Source: Mustelus asterias (Eukaryota). From it: 64,000 nt of DNA. This document shows positions 1 through 13,676 of the stretch, piece after piece. Position 1 is the stretch's first letter. Every line of letters starts with the position of its first letter. The position numbers and the translations under genes were made by a program. The stretch covers positions 83,762,001 to 83,826,000 of the forward strand of contig NC_135803.1 of NCBI RefSeq assembly GCF_964213995.1, in the 5' to 3' direction. The notes below the pieces were generated by a model. The model was not told where the DNA came from. It worked only from the letters and a program-made list of their open reading frames with translations, and ran no database searches.

Positions 1-1548
1 TGTATTTACGTTTACTCCGGGGTGTATTTGTGTTTACTCCGGGGTGTATTTGTGTTTACTCCGGGGAGTATTTGCGTTTACTCCGGGGTGTGTTTGCGTT
101 TATTCCGGGGTGTATTTGCATTTATTCCAAGGTGTATTTGCTTTTTTTCTGGGGTGTATTTGCATTTATTCCGGAGTCTATTTGCATTTACTCCAGAGTG
201 TTTTTGCATTTCTCCGAGGTGTATCTGCATTTACTTCGGGGTGTATCTGCGTTTACTTTGAGATGTATTTGCATTTACTCCGGAGTGTATTTGTGTTTAC
301 TCCAGGGTGTATCTGCGTTTACTCCAGGGTGTATTTGCATTTACTCCGGGGTGAATCTGCGTTTACTCTAGGGTGTATTTATGTTTACTTTGGGATGTAA
401 TTGTATTTACTCCAGGGTGTATTTGAATTATCTGTGGGGTGTATTTGCGTTTACATCGGGTGTATTTGCATTTGCTCTGGGGTGAATCTGCATTTATTTC
501 AGGGTGTGTTTGCATTTATTGTGGGGTGTATCTGCATTTACTCTGGGGTGTATTTGCGTTTACTCCAGGGAGTATCTACATTTATTCCGGGGTGTATCTG
601 TATTTGCATTTACTCCGGGGTGTATTTGCATTTACTCTGGGGTGTATTTGCATTTACTCTGGGGTGTATTTGCATTTATTCTGGGGTGTATTTGCGTTTA
701 CTCCAGGGTGTAGCTGGGTTTACTCCAGGGTGTATCTTTGTTTACTCCAGGGCGTATTTGTGTTTCCTCCGGGGTGAATCTGTGTTTACTCCAGGGTATA
801 TTTGCATTTACTCTAGGGTAAATCTGCATTTACTCAAGGGTGTATTTGCATTTACTTCAGGGTGTATTTGCATTTACTTCGGGCATATTTGCATTTTCCC
901 CGGGGTGAATCTACATTTATTCCGGCGTGTGTTTGCATTTATTGTGGGATGTATCTGCATTTGCTCTGGGGTGTATTTGCGTTTACTCCGGGGTGTATTT
1001 GCATTTCCTCCAGGGTGAATCTGTGTTTATTCCAGGGTGTATTTGCATTTACTCCAGGGTGAACCTGCGTTTACTCCGGGGTGTATTTGCATTTACTCCA
1101 GGTGAAATTGCGTTTACTCCAGGATGTATTTGCATTCACTCGGAGTCTATTTGCATTTACTGCAGTGTATTTGCATTTGCTCCAGAATGTTTTTGCATTT
1201 ATTCCGGGGTGAATCTGTGTTTACTCCGGGGGCGTATTTGCATTTACTCCAGGGTGTATTTGAATTATCTCTGGGGTGTATTTGCGTTAATTTGGGGGTG
1301 TATTTGCATTTGCTCCGGGGTGAACCTGCGTTTACTCCGAGGTGTGTTTGCATTTATTGCGGGCCATATCTGCATTTACTCTCAGGTGTATTTGCATTTA
1401 CTCTGGGGTGAACCTGCGTTTACTCCGGGGTGTATTTGCAATCACTCCAGGCTGTATTTGTGTTTATTCCAGGATGTATCTGCATTTACTCCAGGGAGTA
1501 TCTACATTTATTCCAGGGTGTATCTGTATTTGCGTTTACTCTGGTGTG
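1..1548. repeat. Degenerate ~22-bp tandem minisatellite (consensus ~GGGGTGTATTTGCATTTACTCC), continuing off the left edge
   Basis: Visible head-to-tail repeats; they explain the low-complexity CICIYSG-type ORFs in all three frames. Confidence 0.95.
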
Positions 1549-1950
1549 TATTTGTTTTCGTTAGAGAGAAGGTTAAGAGGTGACTTAATAGAGGCATACA
1601 AGATGATCAGAGGATTAGATAGGGTGGATGGTGAGAGCCTTTATCCTCGGATGGTGATAGCTAGCACGGAGGGACATAGCTTTAAATTGAGGGGTGATAG
1701 ATATAGGACAGATGTCAGAGGTAGGTTCTTCACTCAGAGAGTAGTAAGGGCGTGGAATGCCCTGCCTGCAGCAGTAGTGGACTCGCCAACATTAAGGGCA
1801 TTTAAATGGACCATTTAAATGGTCATTGGATAAACATATGGATGATATTGGAATAGTGTAGGTTAGATGGGCTTTAGATTGGTTTCACTGGTCGGTGCAA
1901 CATTGAGGGCCGAAGGGCCTGTACTGTGCTGTAATGTTCTATGTTCTATG
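1549..1950 (+). mobile_element. CR1 LINE 3' fragment
   Basis: Translates to LFSLERRLRGDLIEAYKMIRG...FFTQRVVRAWNALP (CR1 ORF2 C-terminus); TTCTATG tail; near-identical to 33900-34278. Confidence 0.93.
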
Positions 1951-2884
1951 GTTAAGGCTGTCGACACTGTGAAGGGAATGGATTGTCAGTGAGGAAGTCT
2001 CCTGGCTGTTTTCAGTTGCCAATAGGACAGAGTTAAAGCTGCCTCTTTAATAGTCAGAATCATAACCAGTTTGGACATTCAGAGGAGTAAAAGAGAAAGC
2101 GGTATGCTGTGTAAATATCCAACAGTAAGCCAGCTGATGTAGCTGAGGAACCTTTGTTTCACAAGCAAACACAGAGTTGCTGTGCCAGTACATGTGCTTA
2201 GTGTTCAGTCAGTGACTGAGTCTGCTGGCCAGATGGTGAGGTACAACAGGTGCATACAGCTAGCAAACAGCCAGTGTGACAAGAGGACTTCAGGCCCTAT
2301 TACTACCTCTTCATCCCTCTCTCAACCGAACAACCAGCAGCTGCTTTAAGCAGGGATGGGGGAAGGGGGAGAATAGTCTGTTCTCCACAAAATTATATTC
2401 CCCTGTGAATACAGGACGATATTTGAATCAAATGGGATAATTACCAGGCACGTTTCCTAATCCCGTCCCTCACTTCACTCTCCATCTGTCCAAAGATTGC
2501 CCATTGCCCACAGGAAAAATACACACTGGTTTAGAAGAATTTAAAATTCTTTGGAGGTTCAGGCTGAGGGCTTAGTTTGAATGCACCCTCCCCATCTTGT
2601 GAAACGGGAGCTGGTTAGGGGTGGCCAAGGCTTCACAGCAATAGATTGGGGAGAGCCAAATGGCTGGAGGTTTGTTGTGAAGTGATGAGAGAAAGGCAGC
2701 TGGGAAGTGGAGTTGATGAGAAACTGAATCAAATTCTGTTCATGCTGGGAAACATCAGGGTGTGATTATTAGGGGGATGGAAACCTGAGGGAATGGGAGA
2801 TGGAGAATTAGTGAGTGACTCTGAAAGACAGACACAGCACAGATTAAAACATGCACAGCAGAGGAATTTATCAGTGTTAAAAGA

Positions 2885-3432
2885 TATTTATGGAAATGCA
2901 AGGAGTATAGTAAATAAAGCTGATGAGCTGAGGGCAGAGATAGACACATGGCAGCTTGATATCATCACTGTAAGGAAACCTGGCTGAAGGAGGGACAGAA
3001 ATTGACAGCTCCAATCCCTGGATATAAAGTTTACAAGTAGGATAGAGAGCGGGGAACCAAAGTGGGGGTGTAGCATTATAGGTTGAAGAGAAAGACTTGT
3101 TCTCCCTCACTGAGGGGTTAATTACTGGGGGCATAGATTGAAGATGATTTGTAGAAGGATTACAGGGAACGTGAGGAAATAAATTTTCACCCAGAGAATG
3201 GTGGATGCCTGAAATTCATGCCTAAGTTAGTGTTTGAGGCTGAAATGTTCAACTCATTGAAAAGGAAATCTAGATCTGTATCTGAATTGCTGGAATGTAC
3301 AGGGTTAAAGACCAGATGCTGAAAAATTGGCTTAGAATGAACAGCTACTTTAATTTGCCTCTTTTAGGCTGGTGCAGGAATGATGGACTGAATGGCCTCT
3401 TTCTGTGCAGTAACTTTTCCATGCTTCTATGG
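2885..3432 (+). mobile_element. Degraded, internally deleted CR1 (endonuclease start joined to the 3' end)
   Basis: YGNARSIVNKADELRAEIDTWQLDII (APE endonuclease N-terminus) followed by a CR1 3'-end-like sequence. Confidence 0.65.
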
Positions 3433-3479
3433 CTGAATTCCATTTGCCCAGGTTCACAGTAACTTTCACCTCCGAGGGA

Positions 3480-3940
3480 GTCACATGGCTCAGAGAATTG
3501 AGAACAAAAATCAAAGCTGAGATACCAGTGCTGAACGGAGGGAGTGCTGCACTGTCAGAGGGTCAGTTCTGAGACGGTGCCACACTTTTGCATGTGCTGT
3601 GCTGAGAGAGTGTTGCACTTAGCATGCTGAGGATGTGCTGCACTCTTTCGAGCGCCATCTTTTCAATGAAACTTTTAAACCAAAGCCTGTCTATCCCCTC
3701 AGACAGATGTGAAAGGCCTCATGGCATTATTTCAAAGAAGAGCAAGGGAATTATCCTCAATTCCCTCTTAACATCACGAAAACAGATAATTTGGTGATTA
3801 GCTCATTACTGTTTGCGGGATCTTGCTGTGCACAAATGGCTGCCATATTTTCTACATTGCAACTTCAAAAGCATGTCATTGGCTATAAGCACTTTGGAGC
3901 ATCCAAAGGTCATGGCCATCATTATAGAAATGAAAATTGT
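3480..3940 (+). mobile_element. DeuSINE/SacSINE1-like SINE
   Basis: Core ...catggcattatttcaaagaagagc...gatcttgctgtgcacaaatggctgcc... shared with copies at ~9020, ~56850 and ~59190. Confidence 0.6.
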
Positions 3941-5848
3941 TCTATTTTTCATCCGATTGAACCTTGAAGATTGACATAGGCTGTGAATGTTAGTGTGCAA
4001 ATGGCATTTCCCACGCATTCCAGTAATGTTACATGGGCAAAACGGGAGCAGTTTCTGGAAAATCCCTGGCATTAATTTCTACCACAATCACTAACGGAAG
4101 TGACTTCTACAACCTCTCTCTCTCTCGGTGTGGTTCCCCTACCCTCAGTATCTTACCCCATATATATTCCTCATTTTAAACTTATATTGGCTCATAATCT
4201 GTGTTTTTGAATCAAAAAGATGCAACTTTTCAAGTCTTTCTCTTTATTTATTAGTCCTCATAGCAGGCAGCTGAGATGAGTTAGCACAGCATAGGTCAAA
4301 CATTAAACATAGGTTGTATCGTTCAGTCTGAGACTGGGTACTGCACCTGCCAAACAAACCACTGTCTCCCTATATGAGTGGGGAATACTTCAACTAATGC
4401 TTGACTTGACTGTTGCTACTGAACTTGAACTTTGTTGTTTTTGCTGCTACATCAAATCATTAATCAACAACAATTAGCTATCTGAGATACAGCAAATCTC
4501 TTCATGTTTGGAATCCCTTATATTCAACATTTTAAAATCTGGTAATCAAAGTTTCACTCTGAGGGGTTGCAATGTTTATATTGAATTTAATTTGCAATGT
4601 AAATAGGCTATGAATGAAGTTGCTCCAGTGTGTAAACGCAAATGTAGGAAAGTGAAGCCAAACAATAAGTGCAGTATAACTGAATTATAAATGCAGTGAC
4701 TTAATACACTCCCAGTTACTTGAGTATATTAGTTTTGTGAGACAGGTGGAAAGCTAAAAGTTTATTTTCAAAGACAAACTGTGATCAAAAGAAATGAGGA
4801 ACACACCTGCACAACCACCGCGGCTCTGAAATCAATTCTTTTCCTCAGGCTAAAGAGCTGGTGTTGAGTTCTGCAAAACATGTGCTGCTATTGTTTATGC
4901 ATCTGAGATAGAGCCAGCACAAGTCCTTTTTACCGTCTGCTTGTTCTGTTATCAGATCAAGAACTGAAAATCTTTAACAGTCAGCTAATCACAGTAACTT
5001 CGAATCTGTAGCCTAGAGAAAACCATTTGGCCCACCTGGTCTATGCCAATGTTATGCTCAACATAAACCTCTTGACTTTACAATTACCATTTCATATCCT
5101 GCCCTCCAAATCCCTGTATTCCGCTCTCCCTCTGGTATGTGTCAAGCCTTAGTTTAAATATTTCAGTGCTTCAAGCACTCCATGTGGAAGGGAGTTCCAC
5201 AATCTGACTACTCTCTGCGCAAAAGAATTTCTCAGAAATTCTTCATTTCATATAATCAGAGAGAGATACAGAGCAGGATGAGGCCACTCACTCCACCTTG
5301 ACAGTTCTGGCTCTCTGGTAAAGCAATCCAATTATCTCCACTCCCAAGCTCTTTCCCCAAGCCCTGGAAATTGTTCTTCCTCAAGTATTTATCCAGTGTC
5401 TTTTCCTATTGAATCTGTTTCCATCGCATTTTCAGGCAGTGCATTCCACATCACATCAACTCATCTTGTAATAAAAGGTTTTGTCGTCTCATTTTCAGAT
5501 CTTTTGCCAATCGCCTTCACTTTGTGCCCTATGGTTACCTTTACTGCTGCCACTGGACCAGTTTCTCTTTATTTACTCTATCAAAACTCTCAGGGAATGG
5601 AGGGATATGGGGAGGAGGTGGCAAATTTGAGGTTGAAGATCAGTCTTGTCTGTACTGAATAGCAGAGCAGGTTTGATGGGCTGCTTGGTCACCTCCTGTT
5701 TCTATTACTTATGTTCTTGAGCATGGCTGAAAAAAGACATACTGTTCAAGATTTTCACCTGGCATAAGGACAGACATAATACCAAATTTCAAAGGGAACA
5801 ACAACTTATACTGCAGGAGAAGAAGGCGATGATTGCTTAGCATGTGGG

Positions 5849-6871
5849 GGGGTGATTCTCCCATTCCAACCTGCTAATTTTTTGTTGAATCGGGAGAATC
5901 GCGCATGCGCTGGAAATCAGGCGCCATCAGGACCACGCAGGAAACCGGCAGGAAGACCAGGTAAGTCATTTCAATCTATTTTTAATGTTATTTGAATGTC
6001 ATTATTGGGCCCTGGACTGAATTCTCCGGGCCCGATAGCATCTCCCATCATCAGTACCAATTCACTGTGGTGGTGTTTAGGGTAGCTCTCCACTTTTGGA
6101 GAACTAGTGGGAGAGCCTGCTGGAGTGAAGGGGTGCAATCAGGGCCCTCAAGGAGGTCGGGCGGCGAGAAGGTGGTGCCTCCTGGGCATGGGCACCCTGA
6201 CAGTGCCAGCCTGTGCATCCTGGCACTGCCCCAGGGGCAAAGTGCCCATGCCCAGGAGGCACCATGGCACTGCCCACCGGGCACCAGGGATGGGGCCTAG
6301 GGGGAAATCAGTGGGGGGTGGGAGGGTGGGGATGGGGGTGGGGGGGGGGGTCCCACTTCACTCTGCATTGGAATCCGTTCAGGGCTGGAGGGAGACCAGC
6401 AAGTGGGGGGAGTCAGCCTCCCGTGGGGTCTGCCATGGTGGGGGGGGTGGGGGGGACTCTCATTGCTGGGGAGGGGGGCTGGTGATTGGGATGCTCTGGG
6501 ACAGGAGGGGTCAGAGCTGGCCCGGGAATACTTGTGGGGGCTGCGATCGGACCATGGTGAGAGCTGCAGGGCAGCAGTGCGAGGCTCCTGGGCTGGCTAG
6601 CCATCGAGCTGGCCAGCAAACAGGAGGTTGACAGATCGTGTCACTGCGCATGCGAAGAGGCTTGGAACTGTCAGACTCCGGAGTGAATTGCCAACCGCCC
6701 CCTCCCCCCCCCCCCCCCACCCCAAGCTTTTAATGATATTCCCGATTGTGATCTCTGCAGTGCACAGAATGCGGGAGATTCGAGTCTGAAGTTGCACTGA
6801 AAAAACAATCGGGATTTACACCATTTTTCCCGCCAATTCAGCACTTCGAATCTTTTTGGTAGAATCACCCC
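5849..6871. mobile_element. GC-rich non-autonomous TIR DNA transposon (Harbinger-like MITE)
   Basis: Terminal inverted repeats GGGGTGATTCT / AGAATCACCCC; internal G/C runs and GGCACTGCC motifs shared with elements at ~11850 and ~18800. Confidence 0.65.
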
Positions 6872-8409
6872 TGTGGACTCTGGTTGAGACAGGGAGGCCA
6901 ACTCCAGCTTCTCCAGCCTCTTCAGATTAACTGAAGTTCTTCATTCCTGGTACCATTCCAGTAAATCTCCTCTGAACCCTAAAGCAGTGACTTCCTTCCT
7001 GACATGTGGGGGGTGAATTTTCCTGTTCTGCCCACCACTGGAATCAGAGGGAATTCCCATGGAAATGTCCATTGACCTTGGGCGTGCTTTTCCGGTTTTG
7101 GGGGGAGCGTGCCGGACAATCCCGACAGTGGTATCCAGAGCTGAATACAGCACTCCAGCTGAGACCTGAGAAGTATTTTTGAAAGCTCCTGTGGGTGCTT
7201 ATCTTCTGTTTCTCTTCCTTGTTCTGGACTCATCCACAAGTAGAATCAATTTCCCCAGATCTATCCCATTGAACCCCTTCTTCCCATCAAAAAGCACAGC
7301 AAGTCTTTTCATTATCCACTTTGTTCCAAGAAAAATATTCCCCATGATAGCTCAATCCTTATAATTCTAATAACCTTCTTGTAAATCTTTTCTGTCCTTT
7401 CTGCAGTGTTGCTGTGTTTGTCATTGATGTAATGGTCCAGTATTCCCATTCAAAGTGACAAAAATGACAGTTTGGGATGAAGAGTCTAATTTCATCCCCT
7501 TAATTTAGTGAGTTACAACAAATACTGGCCCAGCCAGCGGCACCCACATTGTGTCAAAGGATAGAATCATACATAATACCTGGCGGTGCTGACAACACTG
7601 CTCTGCCTACCCAGCCAGCAATTCACTGTCTCACAGTCTATCCACTTCCTGGCTCAGCAAAAACAATTCCCAAGGTGAGAAAAGGAGATAAATATCTAAA
7701 AACAAATCTTTAAATAACTTGGCAATCCACCAATATTTCTATAATGCTGTGGGAGGGACTAGTTTCTTTCTGATGGAAGTTTTAACTGGTGTTGTTGCTT
7801 GTTTCCTGAATCATTGATATGTTAGTGCTTATCGCTGTGAACTTGACCCAGAGTTTGTGAGTTCAAATCCTATTGCGGTAATTTGTGAAATTCAATTCCA
7901 TAAATCATCTCGGTTTTGGACTGGGATTAGAAATTGCACAGGATAATTACTGGATTAATGTAAAAATCCAACAGATTCACCAGTACCGTTAAGGGAAGGG
8001 GACCGACTATCACTACTCAATCTGGCCAGCATATAATTTCAGTCCAAAATCATCATCGTTTTGAGGTCAACCGATTTGGTCAGTGTCACCACAACCCAGT
8101 AGCAAATGAATGAAAATATGATTGATTTGAGTGGACAAAGGGGTGAAATTGAAAAGAATTCTTTGAAGTCTGAGGATGTACACATCTCTGGCAATGTAGC
8201 TTTCCAGCCCTAAATCTGAGTGGCACTGTTTCACAAGTGAGAACAGGGGAGACGAGAGGCACAGGAAGAGACTTCTGGAGGATGATTTGGAGGATAAGAA
8301 ACACAGGTTTACTAAGAAATGAAGAGAAGCAGCAATGGATATGGAGAAAAGTGGGGTGCTCAAGTCATCAGATTTTCCTCTGAATCAGGAGCCATTCTAC
8401 TATGATACA

Positions 8410-8915
8410 TGCACCAGCATTGTGTAGTACACACACCAGCGTCGTGTGATGGTACACACACCAGCGTTGTGTGATGGTACGCACACCAGCGTTGTGCGAT
8501 GGTGTACACACCAGCGTTGTGCGATGGTACGCACACCAGCGTTGTGCGATGGTACGCACACCAGCGTTGTGTGATGGTGTACACACCAGCGTTGTGTGAT
8601 GGTACACACACCAGCGTTGTGCGATGGTACGCACACCAGCGTTGTGCGATGGTGTACACACCAGCGTTGTGTGATGGTACACACACCAGCGTTGTGTGAT
8701 GGTACACACACCAGCGTTGTGTGATGGTACACACACCAGCGTTGTGTGATGGTACACACACCAGCGTTGTGTGATGGTACGCACACCAGCGTTGTGCGAT
8801 GGTGTACACACCAGCGTTGTGCGATGGTACACACACCAGCGTTGTGCGATGGTACACACACCAGCACTGTGCGATGGTACGTGCACCAGCAGTTGTGCGA
8901 TGGCACGCGCACCAG
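8410..8915. repeat. 25-bp tandem minisatellite (ACACACCAGCGTTGTGYGATGGTAC), ~19-20 copies
   Basis: CCAGC recurs at 25-nt spacing (for example 8461 and 8486). Confidence 0.95.
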
Positions 8916-9019
8916 AAATAGATGCTTGGTTATGAAGCACTAGTTTGATTTTCTTATGCTAAAATAATGAATGTATGTTTGTGTAATGGAGAAAATTTAC
9001 AATTATGTAGAATCTTCCA

Positions 9020-9345
9020 CACAGCACTTTTCAACCAATGACATCATTGTTATAATGTCAGTTACGCAACAATAATATGTGCAGGGTAAGGTACCAAAAG
9101 CAGTAATGTAATAATGATTGGACAGTATGTTTTTGTGATGTTGATTGAGGGGTAAGTATAGGTCAGGATGCCAGGGAGAATGTGCCTTTTCTTTTTTTGC
9201 ATAGTGCTGTGGGTTCCTTTGTTCCACATATGAGGATAGATGGGATCTTGGTTTAACACCTCCTCTGGAAGCTGGCACCCTGTCCAGAATGGGACTTGAA
9301 GCCACATGCTTTAGACGAGGTGAGAGTGCTACCTGCTGAGATGCA
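9020..9345 (-). mobile_element. DeuSINE/SacSINE1-like SINE
   Basis: Reverse-complement similarity to the 3480-3940 and 56850-57230 copies. Confidence 0.5.
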
Positions 9346-10304
9346 GCTGATAGCTAAAAACAGTAATAGTCAAGCACAGAACTGGCATGATGACCTTGGA
9401 AAAAAAGGTCAGGAGCAGCAGAAGTTGACAGATTAATTTTGAAGATTGGGATGGAGAATAATGGAAGTGGATTTAAGAACCAACTACAGGGAAAAAGGAA
9501 TTGAATTTCAACCAGCAGTCAGCCATTCAAAATCCAAGCTCATATTTTACAGAAAGATCAATGACATCGAAAACAGTTTATTCATTTTCAATGCAGCTTA
9601 AAATAAAAGGGGAAAACAGTAAAACGCCCCCTTCGAACTGCTTTAATTAGCAAGCAAAAAGTGGCTAAATAAATAAAATAGTTGAATAGCATTCTTCTTT
9701 TTCTCCCCATGCTGCCCAGGCTGCAACATGTGTGTTTAAATGAAGGGAAGTCTGGCTGGAGTTTTATTTTCTCTCCTTGTGTTAAATAGCTCTAACATTC
9801 CTGCCTTTGTGCTGGAGCAGATCTGGAGTGAACAGATGTCCCACTCTTTGTTTTGACAGTACAATGGTAGCTCTTCTCTGGTTAATGGGCCTGCTGCATG
9901 CAAGGGTTGTGCCTAGCCAGCTGGCAGACCTGCTCCTCCAACTTCCAAACATACTCCCGGCAATCAGCACACTTCAATTACTCAAATATTTGAAAGTTAG
10001 ATGCGACCAAATGGTTCCTTAAATTTCACCACTGTTTTTTCTAACTTGCCTTTTGCCAGTGTTGTGAACTGAATTGTACAGCTGAACTGCAGTTGCTGCT
10101 TTGTCTGGGTCAACTGAACTTTTCTTAAAACATCACTGAAAGTCTTTTGATAGTACGGATGATGTTAGAAAAGATATCATGTTTACTGGGATCAAGGCAA
10201 GTGCTAATTTCCAAATTAAATTTAATACACATTTATATTGATGTAATATGAATGGTTAGACTGTGCTTGATTGGCTGTTATGCATTACCATCCTTTCTTT
10301 CATG

Positions 10305-10620
10305 CTCATAGAACCATAGAAAAGTTACAGCACAGGAGGCCATTCAGTCCATCTTGTCCATGCCAGCCTGAGAATACCCAGGTGCCTTTTCTAATCCCAC
10401 CTCTCTGTATATGGCCCATAGCCCTGTAGCTTACAACACTTAAGGTGCAGACCCAGGTACTTTTTAAAAATAGTTTAGAGTCTCTCCCTCCACCACCAAC
10501 TCAGGCAGTGAATTCCAAATACCCACTACCCTCTGCGTGAAAATGTTTTTCCTCGTGTCCCCTCTGCACCTTCTGCCACTTATCTTGAATTTTTGACCTC
10601 TGGTTCTGGAATTCTTGAGT
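10305..10620 (-). mobile_element. CR1 3' end fragment
   Basis: Minus-strand RTRGQKFKISGRRCRGDTRKNIFTQRVVGIWNSLP; CATAGAA-type tail. Confidence 0.8.
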
Positions 10621-10647
10621 TGCATTCTTGAATTCTTGAGTTGCATT

Positions 10648-10860
10648 AAGACTCACATTCCAATCATTATTCTGTAAATTGAGTTGGTGTCTTTATATGC
10701 CCTGTTTGCTGTTTGTGAACAGATCTCCCACTCACCTGACGAAGGAGCAGCGCTCCGAAAGCTAGTGGCGTTTGCTACCAAATAAACCTGTTGGACTTTA
10801 ACCTGGTGTTGTGAGACTTCTTACTGTGTTTACCCCAGTCCAACGCCGGCATCTCCACAT
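10648..10860 (+). mobile_element. Penelope-like pseudo-LTR fragment
   Basis: Near-identical to the terminal repeats of the GIY-YIG-containing element at 42696-43542. Confidence 0.8.
10733..10767 (+). ncRNA. Minimal type I hammerhead ribozyme motif (Penelope-associated)
   Basis: cac-CTGACGA-a-GGAGC(agc)GCTCC-GAAA-gcTA-gtg: conserved core, stem II, palindromic AGCT helix III and a short stem I (cac/gtg). Confidence 0.7.
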
Positions 10861-11852
10861 TTGGAATTCTTCACCAAGGGAAACAACTTCATTATCTCAC
10901 TCTTAAACCAAAAAACAACCTTTAACATCCTAATTCTGAACCAAGGTTTTTTTTCTAACACAGCTTCAAACAAGGCACCTCTTCCAAACCCCAATCCTAA
11001 ACTGGAGACCCCTCTCCTAATATAAGTGCAAAATACTGCACATGCTGGGAATCTCCAGAAAATGTTAGAAATACTCAGCTGGTCTGGCAGCATCTGTGGA
11101 GGGAGAAACAGAGAGTTAATGTTTCAGGTTGATGGCCTTTCACCAGAACATTTCTCCCAAACCCCAATGATAATCTAAGATGCACCCAAGCTCTAAACTT
11201 CATCAAGGTTGAGGTTAGGATGTGTACTAAATTGAGTAGATATGAGTAGGTAGTTACAAATGAACATCCAGGCTAAGTGAGCGTTGGAGCTAAATGTGTG
11301 TTAATGGGGGTTCAGGTCAGTGTTACAGACAGGATTCCTTTTTACTGCCTGTGATCAGTATATTTGCATGTTAGAGGTGAGCGTTTTCTTATCCTCAGTG
11401 TTTATTCCAATTAAATAATTTCAACAGCAAGCATTTTGTGAGTTTAAAAATAAAGTCATTATTATCACTCATTTACCTCAAATTTAATGCAACATTTTAC
11501 TCACTCCTCTCACACATACTTTCACAAAGAAAGATTAGTACAGATACAGATGGAGGTAATATAAAGTTACAGCTTCTTCTCACTCTGTTTCGTGACAGAC
11601 CTGTTAGTTTCCTAGATGCAGTTGCTGCTTTATTGTTGAAGTAAAACTTTGGTAACGCAAAGGCTTCTCAGCAGGCTGTGAGGTTTCTTGTAGTCCAGTT
11701 TCCAGGACGTTGGTTCCCAGGTGAACTTTAACTGGAGAGAATTGGGGAATCCTTCTCTTGGATGGGGTCTCCCACTTTGAATGTATTGCTGTTCATTACT
11801 TTGGCTGCTTGCTAACTTTCAGCTATTTCAATGGTTTTCAGTGGAACTCTCT

Positions 11853-13130
11853 GGGGGCAATTTTGCCATTGCGTTGCACCTGTTTTCGGGCGCGACGCAG
11901 TCATAAAGTGGGATGTAAAGCGATTAGCGTGATTGGTGCTGGTTTTCGCAACTGGCGTCATTTTACAAGTGCCGGATTTCCGACGTGGTCAGCCTCTTGC
12001 CGGAAATGGCCAAGAGGCAGGTTAATTTATTGAAATTTATTTAAAGAAGCTTTTACATGTCATTAACGAATCCAACGCTCAATCATCCGGGTCCACCCCC
12101 CTTTATGATCTCGCCAGGAAAGGTTCTCGCCAGCGAGGGATAGACATGTTCCCCATGAACGGGGAGCAGTCGCCTTGGCCTCACCAGTGGAACTGGAGGC
12201 CATTGAGGACCCCTGAGGAGGCCGAGGCAAGGGGGGTGCCCCTTGGGCAGTGCCAGACTGGTAGTGTCACCCTGGCACTTGGGCAATGCCAGTCTGGCAA
12301 TGCCCACTGTGCACTTGGGCAATGTCCACTGGGCAGTGCCAGGGGGGTGGAGCTAATGGGGACGGGTCAGCGGTGGGAGGGGCTAATGGGAGGAGGGGGT
12401 TTGCTGCCACTCTGCAGTGATTGGTGGGGAGAGGGAGGGAGGGAGGGGCCTGCTGCCACACTGTAGCCATTGGTGGGGGACGGGCAGCGGGGCCGCGATC
12501 GGTGGGGGAGGGAGGGAGGAAATTATGATCAGTCTGAATAGAATCATAGATACCCTACAGTGCAGAAAGAGGCCATTGGGCCCATCGAGTCTGCACCGAC
12601 CACAATCCCACACAGGCCCTACCCCCATATCCCTACATATTTACCCACTAATCCCTCTAACCTACGCATCTCAGGACACTAAGGGGCAATTTTAGCATGG
12701 CCAATCAACCCAACCCGCACATCTTTGGGCTGTGGGAGGAAACCGGAGAACCCGGGGAAACCCATGCAGACACGAGGAGAATGTGCCAACTCCACACAGT
12801 CTGGTCTGTGGTCTAGGGGCTGTATCTCGGGCTGCGGGCCCCCGCATTTGTGGGGGGGGGGGGGGGAACTGCTTCAGGCTGCCGACACTAGCAGCGGCCT
12901 GACAGCTCTCTCTTTATCTGTCAGACCCTTGCTACTGCTAATGCGCATGTGCAGCATCAGAGGCCTACACATGCGCACTACCTCTCCCCCACTCACAGGC
13001 TTCTGCAGCGAGCAACAGGCTCGCTCAGAATTGTTCAGGCAGAGTCTGTATGTGGGGGCCTAAAAACATGCCCAAAAGACGGATCTGAAACTCTCCCAGT
13101 TTCAAGGCCGTTCAGCACTTCGATAAATCC
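11853..13130. mobile_element. GC-rich non-autonomous DNA transposon remnant interrupted by a SINE
   Basis: Begins GGGGGCAATTTT; internal blocks are reverse complements of 18800-19540. Confidence 0.55.
12540..12800 (-). mobile_element. HE1-like SINE, 5'-truncated
   Basis: Reverse complement of the SINE body and tail at 37298-37648. Confidence 0.85.
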
Positions 13131-13242
13131 ACAAGCACCTTCTTGTTGGTTGTAAAAGCAGTCCACAAAAATAGTTCCCTCATCATGTGACTTCCACAAG
13201 TTCAAAGACCTTTTCCAAGTGAAGAGTGAGGTGTCGATTTGG

Positions 13243-13560
13243 ACGGCACGGTGGCACAGTGGTTAGCACTGTTGCCTCACAGCACCAAGGACCTGGGTTC
13301 AATTCTGACCTCAGGTGATTGTGTGGAGTTTGCATGTTCTCCCCGTGTCTGTGGGTTTCATCCGGGTGCTTTGGTTTCCTCGCACACTCCAAAGATGTGC
13401 GGGTTACGTTGATTGGCCATCCTAAATCGCGTCTTAGTGTCAGAGGGATGAACAAGATAAATACATGGGGTTACGGGGATTGGGGCTTGGTGGGATTGTT
13501 GTGGGTGCAGGCTCAGTGTGCCGAAGTCATCCTTCTGCACTGTAGGCATTCTATGATTCT
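13243..13560 (+). mobile_element. HE1-like tRNA-derived SINE
   Basis: Pol III A box (TGGCACAGTGG) and B box (GGTTCAATT), V-SINE-like core, LINE-derived ATTCTATG tail. Confidence 0.88.
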
Positions 13561-13676
13561 AAGGGTGGTGTGTCTGTTGATTCTAATCATCCTGTCATTT
13601 GACAGCTTGAGATTTACCCAGCCTAGTTTGGATGAGGGAAACCATCAAAAATAGATGGAAGGTTGATAGGATCTAT

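Noticed and set aside
22-1583. Multiple long Cys-rich ORFs
   Set aside because: Artefacts of a stop-poor 22-bp satellite that is open in all frames.
5992-6901. GC-rich ORF cluster or CpG-island promoter
   Set aside because: Lies within a TIR-bounded repeat with homologues elsewhere in the window; the ORFs are Gly/Pro low complexity.
8360-8943. 165-190 aa repetitive ORFs
   Set aside because: Translations of the 25-bp minisatellite.
11030-11150. Another hammerhead ribozyme on the minus strand
   Set aside because: The core reads CTGGTGA instead of CTGATGA and the helices are degraded; probably a decayed Penelope-derived repeat, related to 49690-49840.
13243-13320. tRNA genes at the SINE heads
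   Set aside because: The A and B boxes continue straight into the SINE core and tail; no complete cloverleaf is evident.
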